The notes below the pieces were generated by a model. It did not search any database, was not told the origin of the DNA, and worked only from the letters and a program-made list of their open reading frames with translations. From NCBI GenBank assembly GCA_020184695.1, contig JAANOX010000081.1:1-64000 (forward strand): a stretch of DNA of 64,000 bases, written 5' to 3'. This document shows positions 32,817 to 41,831 of the stretch, one piece after another (position 1 is the stretch's first letter; each line of letters opens with the position of its first letter). Source of the stretch: Histomonas meleagridis 2922-C6/04-290x (taxonomy: Eukaryota > Protista > Parabasalia). The translations under genes were made by a program, and so were the position numbers.

Positions 32817-34000
32817 TTGAATTGCACGAACATCGTTTTTCTGTAGGAATTTGGCATAAACCGCCGTTATTGGTATTGAAAAAATTGTGTGTAAAAAATG
32901 TAACGCATTGAATTTCTTTTGGTTTCTAAGAGATTTAACATTTCCCAATAAAAAATGTATGAAATCAGAATGGATTAATATTAAGTCATCATGATGAATA
33001 GAAGTGGCTTGTATACATGGAATTTTTTAAATGGATACTTTGAAGTTGAATTTTTTGATTTGAAAATTTGTGAAATCTATTGATAAAAAAATATGTTCGC
33101 TATAAAAACCATGAACTGTGTATAACATATATTGAATCAAAGACAATACCTTTGATGATAAATGGCTTTGAAAAATTGCAAATTTAATTCTTGATACATT
33201 GATTTTTATATTCTGAAATTTCAAAATTGAAGTTTCGAGCATATGCGAATTACTGTGCTCTGCTTTGTAATTGATTTTGAACATTTTAAATATTGCTTTT
33301 AGATTAAAAAACGATACTACATGTGCTGTAAGGGTAATAAATAGGGCTATTCTTAGAAAAACGACCCAAAAACATGATTTTTTCATGTTTCAAGACGACG
33401 TTTTGATGAAGGCCGCTACCAAATGTCCATCGGTTAACACAAAAGTTTAAAATTTCACGGTTAAATGTTATGAAATACTTTGCATAATATAAGTTTTTCA
33501 ATTTAAGCCTAATCACTAAATGATGTCTGCCAATGCTAAAAAATAAACAAATACAAATAATTATATATGCACTTTTAAAATAATACAATGAACACCATTT
33601 GCGTCATCATTTTAGTGATAAATTTGAGAAATAAAACAAAAAAACTGTTTAAGCATTGCGATAATTTGACACGTTTATCGAAGCTTCATTCTTAATATAT
33701 ATGAAACTTTAGTCATCCGGATGTCTTACAATTGTTTAAAGACAGAGAGAAGAAATTGTTTTAAATTGTATGATCATCACCTTGATAATAAAATTGAAGA
33801 ATAATCACTTTGCTTGAATACTAATTTGACTTAGTTCATAATAAACAATGTAATTTGTACTTTAACAACATTAATGTGATTGCAAGTAACACTGTAGCTA
33901 CAGTGCATTAGCGCATTCGCATATCAAAATGTAAACTCTTTTTATATTTAAAAAATTCATAAGATGAAACTATTCATATGTAAATAATAAAATAATAAAA

Positions 34001-35845
34001 TTAGAATTTTAATTTCATATTTGATAGTGACGCTGTTATAAAGTGCTGGTAATCATCTTCTGATATTTCCAGGTTCAAATATTGTTCTTCTTTTTGCGTT
34101 AATGCGATTTTTGCGCTTCTTAACATTCTTAAATCTGCTGCGCCCAAAACGCTTATCATTTTATCAAGGTCCACCACGAACTGATCGATAGCCTTTTCGT
34201 TTGACCAACCAATTCTTTTGATTAACATTGAATAAACGCAATTATCAATTTCTTTTGCAATATTTGGCATAAAACCGTTTTCGAAAAGTGACGCGTCGAG
34301 CACTTTTCTAATTTTTGAAATATTCGATTCAATTATTTGTAAAGCATTCAAAAGTGACGGTGTGACAGAACCGTTTTGCCATTGAATTTTGTCTTGATTT
34401 AAATATTTTTCTGCATTTTTCTTAAATAATTTTATAATTTCATTGGAAAGAATATTACAAAGTTCATCACATTTTTTCTTGGAATTTTTGGAATCTTTAT
34501 CAAGACCTTTTGTTTGACAATCATCAAGTTCGAAAATTTCATTTAGTTGAATCGAAATTAAATTAAATGTATTAATAATCAATGATTTCTTAATGTAATC
34601 GTCGATTTTCTTAAATGATTTATCGAGAATTGAAAATATATATTTATCCGCATGTAGGATACATTTCTTGATATATAAATGTCGTGAATTTGATGATAAA
34701 ACTGTTGGAAACAACTCATATAATTTGCATAATGAATGTGTTATGGATAAAGGAAAATCATTACTGCCCTGATCAATAACTGATTCTACTGATTTGGAGA
34801 TGGTTTTCACTTCGATAGACATCCATTCTTCACCGATTTTTTGGAACATTAAATCTGATAATAATTGAAACTTAATAACAGAAACTGATAACATCCATTG
34901 ATCAAAAACAACAGAGTGTTCAAATACGTTCCGATAAAATTCACATTTCCCATCATTAAACGATAAAACTTGTAAAACACATTGATGAATAAGCGATGAG
35001 GTTACTCGGTCCATTAACGGTTTCTTGGCATATTTTTCGGGGTACGACAGGATGATCAAAATGGATTGAATCGAGATTCTGAGCAAACCGATAATAAACT
35101 GAACAAGCGAAAAGTTGTTTTCTAAGCCTGAGTTTTGGCAATGATAAATAAACCGTGTGGTAAAAATTTCAGATGCTTCTTTAGATAACTGATCTTCCCA
35201 GTTAGGATCGGTTTGACGGATTTCATCAATTAAATGATAATATGACATTGATTGTGAAGAATATTCTTTTTGGTCAGAAAGAAATATAGAACTTAGCGAA
35301 TCTTGGTTGCAAACTGAAAATGTATGAAGCTTTTCATTGAGTTGAGAATATAATTTTTTCCTTTGACCTGATTTAGCTTCATCAACTTTTTGTTGAAGAA
35401 GTTTTTTAATGTTTGTATAACCATTGGTATCACATTCTTTAACATATTTCTCCAAATCACTAAGATTATTTATGTTTTGAAGTGAAATCAAGGCTAAATT
35501 CAAAACTTCATTTGTGTGATAATACTCATTGAGAACGTCTATTCCAAGTATGCTAGAATCAAAATTATTTTGACTGGATTTATAAATTTGGTTATAATTA
35601 TTTTGAAGATTTGATAAATTTGCTTCATGCTCTTCCATGCTTAAATTTTTAGATATCAATTCATTAAATTCTTGTTGCAAATCTTTTTTATTGCTCTTTA
35701 ATTTGTTTAAAGATTTTTCAAGCTCCTCGATTTTTTTCTCAGATTCTTGGATTATTGAATTCAAGTGATCTGGGTTTTCGTATAGATCAATAATATTTTC
35801 TTTTTGAAGAATAGAGGATAATAAGTCGGAGGAAATATCTTCCAT
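34001..35845 (-). CDS. Coiled-coil/helical tethering subunit, RINT1/TIP20-like (tentative)
   Basis: 614 aa with an N-terminal coiled coil and a helical CATCHR-like body ending ...EKAIDQFVVDL, similar to the RINT1/TIP20 C-terminus. Confidence 0.5.
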   Translation of the reverse strand: MEDISSDLLSSILQKENIIDLYENPDHLNSIIQESEKKIEELEKSLNKLKSNKKDLQQEFNELISKNLSMEEHEANLSNLQNNYNQIYKSSQNNFDSSILGIDVLNEYYHTNEVLNLALISLQNINNLSDLEKYVKECDTNGYTNIKKLLQQKVDEAKSGQRKKLYSQLNEKLHTFSVCNQDSLSSIFLSDQKEYSSQSMSYYHLIDEIRQTDPNWEDQLSKEASEIFTTRFIYHCQNSGLENNFSLVQFIIGLLRISIQSILIILSYPEKYAKKPLMDRVTSSLIHQCVLQVLSFNDGKCEFYRNVFEHSVVFDQWMLSVSVIKFQLLSDLMFQKIGEEWMSIEVKTISKSVESVIDQGSNDFPLSITHSLCKLYELFPTVLSSNSRHLYIKKCILHADKYIFSILDKSFKKIDDYIKKSLIINTFNLISIQLNEIFELDDCQTKGLDKDSKNSKKKCDELCNILSNEIIKLFKKNAEKYLNQDKIQWQNGSVTPSLLNALQIIESNISKIRKVLDASLFENGFMPNIAKEIDNCVYSMLIKRIGWSNEKAIDQFVVDLDKMISVLGAADLRMLRSAKIALTQKEEQYLNLEISEDDYQHFITASLSNMKLKF

Positions 35846-35979
35846 TATTATCTGTCAATATTTTCACTATCCTGTGAATGTTCACAGAATAAAATTTGAA
35901 TGAATTTTCTGCCATTTCTGTTGCGTGTAAACCAAAGAAGTTTTAGAATGAACAATTCGTTCCAAAAAACGTTTTTTAA

Positions 35980-38772
35980 ATGGGAGAAGTGATTCGGTTT
36001 CAATCCGAATCCGATTTATTATCATATGAAGAAGTTCCATGGGCCCTCTCTGAATCACACGAAGTTGAATTTTTCACTGGAAAAATTTTTAATGTCACAT
36101 TAATTTCAGTTGAAAACCCAGACTTTGAAGATTATCTTATAAAACTTGATGATGGATCTACAATTGCCCTTGATCTCGAGTGGGAAAATGAACTTTCTCT
36201 ATTTCAATTCTGCACATCAAAGGGAGTATTAATTGTTAGACATCCAAAAGGACCTGGAAATAAAATTTTACATAACTTTTTGGCCAGCCATAACTTTTAT
36301 GCAAAAGGGATTAATAATGACTTAAAAAAACTCAAAGAAAAATTTGGAGAAAATTTCTCAACACAAATTGAAGATATTGCTAAAACTAGACTTTCTCCAT
36401 ATGGGCACTCACAAAATTTTATGGAAATGACAAATAAATTTGTTGGTAATCCAACTGTTACATTCAAAGATATCAGAATCACAAAGTCTAATTGGGATAG
36501 TCCGGTTCTCACAAAACGTCAAGTATTATATGCTGCTTTTGATGTTGTTGCCTTATTTTGTTGTTATCCAAACTTCCCTCCTCCGATGAAAATCCAAAAA
36601 ACTCATCAACCTGTACCACAACGTCCGCATAAAACTCCACAACGTATACCTTTCTCACAAATCGACATTCCTAAACGCGTTCGTCCTGTCAAAGAGAAGA
36701 AAGAAACTATTACCAAAATTATCCTTAAAAAGACAGATGCCAAACTTGTCTATAACTATGTTATTTATGTTTCCTCCAGTCTTAATTGCATTGGTATTAG
36801 TAATCTTTCATCAAGTCTTCCTTTCAAAGATGATATTGATTTTATCTCTTCATATTCAATTGACGATAATCATTACCTATTTCTTTCTCTCCTCCATGAT
36901 CATGATATAACACCATACTTCTCCTCTTTTGAGAAGGTTCCACAATGTGATCCTACAGATTTTACGGAAAGTGACGTGATGTACATTTTTAACGTTCCCC
37001 AAACGGTCAACAACGCCGATAGCATCATGATGCTTCTTTATTCATTTGGCAAAGACCATCGAATCATAATTTATGATTATTATATTAGAATACAACCTCA
37101 CAACTCACAATCTTCACTTCGTACATATTCTTTTTTACCATATATAAAATTTGGCGATACACATCTTGATGTATATACAATTCCAAGTTTTTTACCAACA
37201 ATTCGGGCAACTTTACCACATTATTTTACCGAACCTGACGTGGATAACTTATTTTCACCATACGGAACAATTGTTTCGAAAGAGTTTTTAAGAAGTCGTA
37301 CTGAACAAGAACCGAAAACTATATTAATAAAGTATAAAACTGTTGAAGAAGCCGAACTTACGATCGCTTCTGTCAACTACACTAAAATTAATGATTTTAC
37401 TGTTTATGTCTGTCGATTTGTCGATGAAAATCACACTCGGTTTTTGCGGAATTTCGAGCTAACTGTACATGAAATAATTGATGATCGGTCACTTCGACAA
37501 CGTTTCGAGAAGTATGGCGACATACTTCAAGCTCATTTTGATTCAAGATTTAATGTTGGCCGTGTTCAATTTTATCGACAAAAAGCTGCACTCGCTGCAC
37601 TTTCGTCTGAGCCAAACACAACAATTTGCCCTTATGGAACGCTTGCTTTTGTCCGAAATCTTCCAATGGATATCACCAACGAGCAAGTCCTTGAACTTAC
37701 CCAACAGTTCGGTACTGTCCTTAACTTCATGTTCCGCGAGCTTGACCCTTATATGAGGACTGCAATTGTTGAGGTTACATATTCGAAACAAGAAGAAGCT
37801 ACTGCCCTTAAAAAAGCTTACCACTTGAAAAAATATTGCGGACGTGAACTTGAAATAAATGCAATTTCCCCAAATGATGCCGAAGCACCTATTTGGAAAA
37901 TGCAACAAAGGAAAAATTGGATTTCAATTTATTCAAACGATTTATCAAAAGAAAAGATTTACGAAAAGTGCTCGGGTTATGGAACGGTTTTAGAGGTGCT
38001 CCAATTTGACGATCGATTTTATGTCAAATTCTTTGAACCAAATCAAGCAACTTTAGCACTTGAAAAGCTTGATTTTGAAAACTGTGGAACAGTGTCAGTG
38101 AATCAGTTTGTTTATGATATCTGTCCTGATGATTTTGAGATTGTTCAACAAGAATTTCATCCACGAAAATATACTCCACAACAAGTAATGGCACTTGCCA
38201 TTGATCCTGTTCCACAATCTTTAGACATCAACAAAATTAATGAGATTCTGAATGGTTTACAAAACTATGAAGCAAAGTTTACAATATCACATGAATTTGA
38301 AGGCAGAAAACGTGCATTGATATATACACAAAGCAAGCGAATGGTGAATATAATACATGGTAGATTTCATAACATTAAAATCGAAGGTGAGTTATTACCA
38401 TTAAAATCATATCGAGTTGACGAAATACCATTTGGGCCAAAGAAATATCCATTCAAGGATTTACACTCACCAAAGAAGATGCCAATTGTCATTGATCCAA
38501 TTCCAGGCTCATTAACAGTTCAGAAGATAAATGAGATTTGTGCTGAATGTGGAAAATTCGAAGCGAAAATCACTCCTTCAGCAAAGTTCGAAGGAATGAA
38601 AAGAGCTATTGTTCAGCCAAAGAATGCAAGAGCAAAAAACAAATGCTTTAAGCTCCTTAACTTAACAACCATTGATGGAATGACACTTGTTGCAGTTAGA
38701 ATGAGCAAAGATAGTATTCCAAAGCCAATTGGATATGTTGAGGAGGAAGATGTTGAAGAATTTATTGATTGA
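35980..38772 (+). CDS. DEDDy 3'-5' exonuclease (WRN/EXD-like) fused to multiple RRM domains
   Basis: Exo motifs IALDLEW, KGINND and SNW...QVLYAAFD. RRMs include LAFVRNLPMDITNEQVLELTQQFGTV and LRQRFEKYGDIL...GRVQF. Confidence 0.8.
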   Translation: MGEVIRFQSESDLLSYEEVPWALSESHEVEFFTGKIFNVTLISVENPDFEDYLIKLDDGSTIALDLEWENELSLFQFCTSKGVLIVRHPKGPGNKILHNFLASHNFYAKGINNDLKKLKEKFGENFSTQIEDIAKTRLSPYGHSQNFMEMTNKFVGNPTVTFKDIRITKSNWDSPVLTKRQVLYAAFDVVALFCCYPNFPPPMKIQKTHQPVPQRPHKTPQRIPFSQIDIPKRVRPVKEKKETITKIILKKTDAKLVYNYVIYVSSSLNCIGISNLSSSLPFKDDIDFISSYSIDDNHYLFLSLLHDHDITPYFSSFEKVPQCDPTDFTESDVMYIFNVPQTVNNADSIMMLLYSFGKDHRIIIYDYYIRIQPHNSQSSLRTYSFLPYIKFGDTHLDVYTIPSFLPTIRATLPHYFTEPDVDNLFSPYGTIVSKEFLRSRTEQEPKTILIKYKTVEEAELTIASVNYTKINDFTVYVCRFVDENHTRFLRNFELTVHEIIDDRSLRQRFEKYGDILQAHFDSRFNVGRVQFYRQKAALAALSSEPNTTICPYGTLAFVRNLPMDITNEQVLELTQQFGTVLNFMFRELDPYMRTAIVEVTYSKQEEATALKKAYHLKKYCGRELEINAISPNDAEAPIWKMQQRKNWISIYSNDLSKEKIYEKCSGYGTVLEVLQFDDRFYVKFFEPNQATLALEKLDFENCGTVSVNQFVYDICPDDFEIVQQEFHPRKYTPQQVMALAIDPVPQSLDINKINEILNGLQNYEAKFTISHEFEGRKRALIYTQSKRMVNIIHGRFHNIKIEGELLPLKSYRVDEIPFGPKKYPFKDLHSPKKMPIVIDPIPGSLTVQKINEICAECGKFEAKITPSAKFEGMKRAIVQPKNARAKNKCFKLLNLTTIDGMTLVAVRMSKDSIPKPIGYVEEEDVEEFID

Positions 38773-39173
38773 AATTTTTTCTTCTTTGATCAAAAGTGTC
38801 AAAACTTTATTGAAAAGTGGCAAATTCAAGTGTTTTTTAGATATTTGTAAACATTTGTTATCAACATTTTATTGGTTAAAAATTTAATGGAAAGTTTCAA
38901 AATGAATGAGGAATAAATGAATGTGTTGCTTTAGATAAATATTATAATATTTGTTATTTTAAAGTGAAAAGCCACAATTATGATATGAAACACAAAAATT
39001 TATTAATTTCACATATTTGTTCTCATAAATTTAATGAAAAATATCATTTCGATGAAATTTATTAGAAGTTTAAGATGTATCTTCAAATGATTACAAGATT
39101 TCCACATGAAAATGTATATTTACCTATATCATTTATTAATACATTATTCATAAACAAATATTTAAAACATTTA

Positions 39174-40818
39174 CCGTCAGTGGATAAACTCGAAACACTG
39201 GATAAACTCGAAACAGGGGGGGGGGTCATTTTATAATTTTTGAAATTTCATTAAAAACATTAAAAAACTGTTTTTCACTTCATTTTTTTAATGTTATCAT
39301 CAAGAGATAGCAGAATATTAAAATTATTCGCTGCTGTAAGGTCACACAAGTCAAAATACTACCAAATGGTAACTGCAGCCGAGGAAAATCCAGGTGTCAT
39401 ACGACCAATTGCCAAAGAGTTCTTCGTTTCCACAAATTATTTTTATGGTGTCTTAATATCGTACGAACTCGGTTTAGATACAATAGCGGATTTGGGTTCA
39501 AATAAACATAAAAAACATCCGGGAACAGCACTTTATTTGAACCCACGATATCAAGAAGAATTAAAACAATGGATTATCAAGAGAAATGACAAAAACAAAG
39601 CACCAAATGTTGAAGAAATACAAAACAAAGCATATACATTCAGAGTTGAACAAATTAAGTTTGCCAATGCATTTGCTGATCTTATAAAATCACAAAAAGT
39701 CAAAAACGAAGTTAATATAGAAGTAATTAAACCCGAGGTGGATTGGGTGTACAAATTTTTAAAAAAACACGAATTAAAGCTTGTCAAGCCTGATTCATTG
39801 GATATTTCACGTGCACAAGCATCTTGTGCATCAAATATTTTATTTTGGTTAGATAACATATTTACACAAGATATTTCGTTTTTATTCCCCAAAAATGCAA
39901 TTTTTAATATGGATGAAATGGGAATCAACTGGAATGACATTACAAGGGTCGCAGCATCTAAAAATTCGTAAAGACCGGTTTGCAAAACTCAAAATCAAAT
40001 CAATAATCATTTTTCTGCTGTGATTACGTTTTCAACGAATCATGACTTCCCGATGCCATTTTTGATTAGGTGGTCTATTAAATGTTCCACAAGTGTTAAA
40101 AAATTTATCTGATGAAAAAAACTTCCCAATTTATGCAAATACGAATGGTTCAATGACACAAGATTTATTTTATGAATATTCGATTTCTTTCACCAATTGG
40201 ATTCATTCGTATGAAGAAAGGAATGGTATGGACCCCGATCAACCAATATTGTTGTTTTTGGATTCCCATACATCAAGATAAAACCCAAAAGCGATAAAAA
40301 ATTACCGAAAAAATAATATTATAGTATGCACTTTTCCGGATTATTTGACACACATCATTCAACCGTTTGATGTTGTAATTGCTGCACCATTACGTGCATA
40401 TTATAAAAAAATTGTTCGAAAGCTTAAAGCCAAATATTTGGAAAAAAATAAATCGGAAAAATTGACACTTGATCAAAAAAGAGAAATAATAATACTTGCA
40501 TTGATTTCATCAATGCAAACTGTTATCATTGACATTAATACTGAAGCAGCATTCGATAGCACTGGTTTTTTTCCAAGAAATCCATTAAAAGTTTTGGAAA
40601 ACCCAACAATCATTGACGATACGGAAAATCCACTTTTCCCGGACGGGAAAACAACCAAACGGTTTTCTTTGGCGAGCAAAATAATAACATCTGATGATGT
40701 TTATAATTTGCTTACAGAAAGAAAAGCAAAAGAGTAAAAAACACTGTAATATTGAATTTTTAAATTTTATTTTTGTAAAATCAAAAATAACCGCTGTTTC
40801 GAGTTTATCCACTGACGG
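39174..40818 (+). mobile_element. pogo/Fot1-like (Tc1-mariner superfamily) DNA transposon, 1645 bp, TA target-site duplication
   Basis: 24-bp perfect TIRs CCGTCAGTGGATAAACTCGAAACA (39174-39197) and TGTTTCGAGTTTATCCACTGACGG (40795-40818), flanked by TA at 39172-39173 and 40819-40820. Contains a DDE_1-type transposase. Confidence 0.93.
39291..40737 (+). pseudogene. DD35D transposase, disrupted (two in-frame TAA, one frameshift)
   Basis: CENP-B-like N-terminus (...WVYKFLKKH.L), IFNMDEMG (D1), LLFLDSH (D2) and THIIQPFD (D3), with 35 codons between D2 and D3. Stops at 39969-39971 and 40279-40281. Confidence 0.88.
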
Positions 40819-41384
40819 TAATTGATCTATAAAATGTTACATATTCATTTAATGATCCACTTTCTTCTTCTAAAAAGAATATCTTTCACCAGATGATATA
40901 TAATATCAAAATTTGTTTGTGATTAAATTTGTTGAAGTTTTTAGATTTCATCATTTCTAGCTATGTTTGCAATTTCATATCGATTATATCCTTTTTTAAT
41001 GAATTGTTTATGAAGTTCCCAACAATTGTTCTCTGAAATTTTATAATTAGCATTAAATTTTATTATTTTTATCTTTTTGCTTAATTTGATGCTTAAAATA
41101 ATATTTTTAGTATAAAATTTCTTCTGTTAAATTAAATATTAATTGTTTAAGAAATAAGCAATGCTAATGGCTTGACTTTCAAAATTAATGTTTACTCTTT
41201 TTAAATTTTTTGTTGTTAAGTGAAAAATCATTATATCATTTCATTACTTGTTAAACGACACTTTTTTATTTAGATATAAACTATACAAATATTTTTATTT
41301 GATTTTTCGGTTAATTTCAATCACTATTTGGTCATTGGTTTTACAAAACGGCTAAAAGTGACTCTGTTGGGCCACATTGTTAGA

Positions 41385-41771
41385 ATGTCTGCTGAAAACA
41401 CTACTGTTATCGAAAATGGTCTCCGTCAAATTAACCTTTCTGGTCACGTTGCAAAAGGTTTCAATTGCACTGTTAAGGCTATCATAAAAGGAAAGGCTAA
41501 GCTTGTTTTTCTTGCAGATGATACAGATAACAAAGATTATAAAGCTCTCATTACAGGCCTTGCAAAGAAGAACGAGGTTAAGTTGGTTGCTGTTCCAGAG
41601 AAAGAACTTCTTGGAAGAGCTCTAGGTCTTGCATCAATACGTCATGATGGAACAGTTCGTCGCCAAATTAAATGCGGTGCTTGTGCTGTCGTCAAGTACG
41701 GAAATGTTGTAACACCTGACGTTGAAGCATTTAGAGAAGCATTTGATCCTATTCCTCAAGAACAACAATAA
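41385..41771 (+). CDS. RPS12: 40S ribosomal protein S12 (eS12, L7Ae family)
   Basis: LGRALGLASIRHDGTVRRQIKCGACAVVKYG aligns with eS12 LGEW.GL..ID.EG..RKVV.CS..VV..YG. True ATG is at 41385. Confidence 0.9.
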   Translation: MSAENTTVIENGLRQINLSGHVAKGFNCTVKAIIKGKAKLVFLADDTDNKDYKALITGLAKKNEVKLVAVPEKELLGRALGLASIRHDGTVRRQIKCGACAVVKYGNVVTPDVEAFREAFDPIPQEQQ

Positions 41772-41780
41772 TTTTGAAAT

Positions 41781-41831
41781 AAATTATTCCCAGTGATGAA
41801 TCAACTATGTTTGATGAACGGGAATTAATTT
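41781..41831 (+). other. Hairpin with kink-turn geometry downstream of RPS12
   Basis: Stem AAATT-ATTCCC(A)GT / ACGGGAAT(T)AATTT, 3-nt bulge GAU, tandem G.A/A.G pairs, stem ATCAA/TTGAT and a 6-nt loop. Folded by hand. Confidence 0.4.

Larger units (their letters stand above)
38960..41100 (-). pseudogene. DUF3447-type ankyrin gene copy 4, split by the transposon
   Basis: Minus-strand flanks give WELHKQFIKKGYNRYEIANIARNDE and, across the empty site, FYRSIKCFKYLFMN...KY...GNL.II. Confidence 0.75.

Noticed and set aside
33027-33588. Two minus-strand ORFs (119 and 94 aa) upstream of the BspA gene
   Set aside because: They have low-complexity F/I/K/N composition typical of translated AT-rich DNA and no motifs, so they cannot be supported as genes.
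41793-41819. Box C/D snoRNA (GTGATGA box C)
   Set aside because: There is no CTGA box D at a suitable distance and the stem-enclosed segment is far too short. It is retained only as a K-turn-like hairpin.
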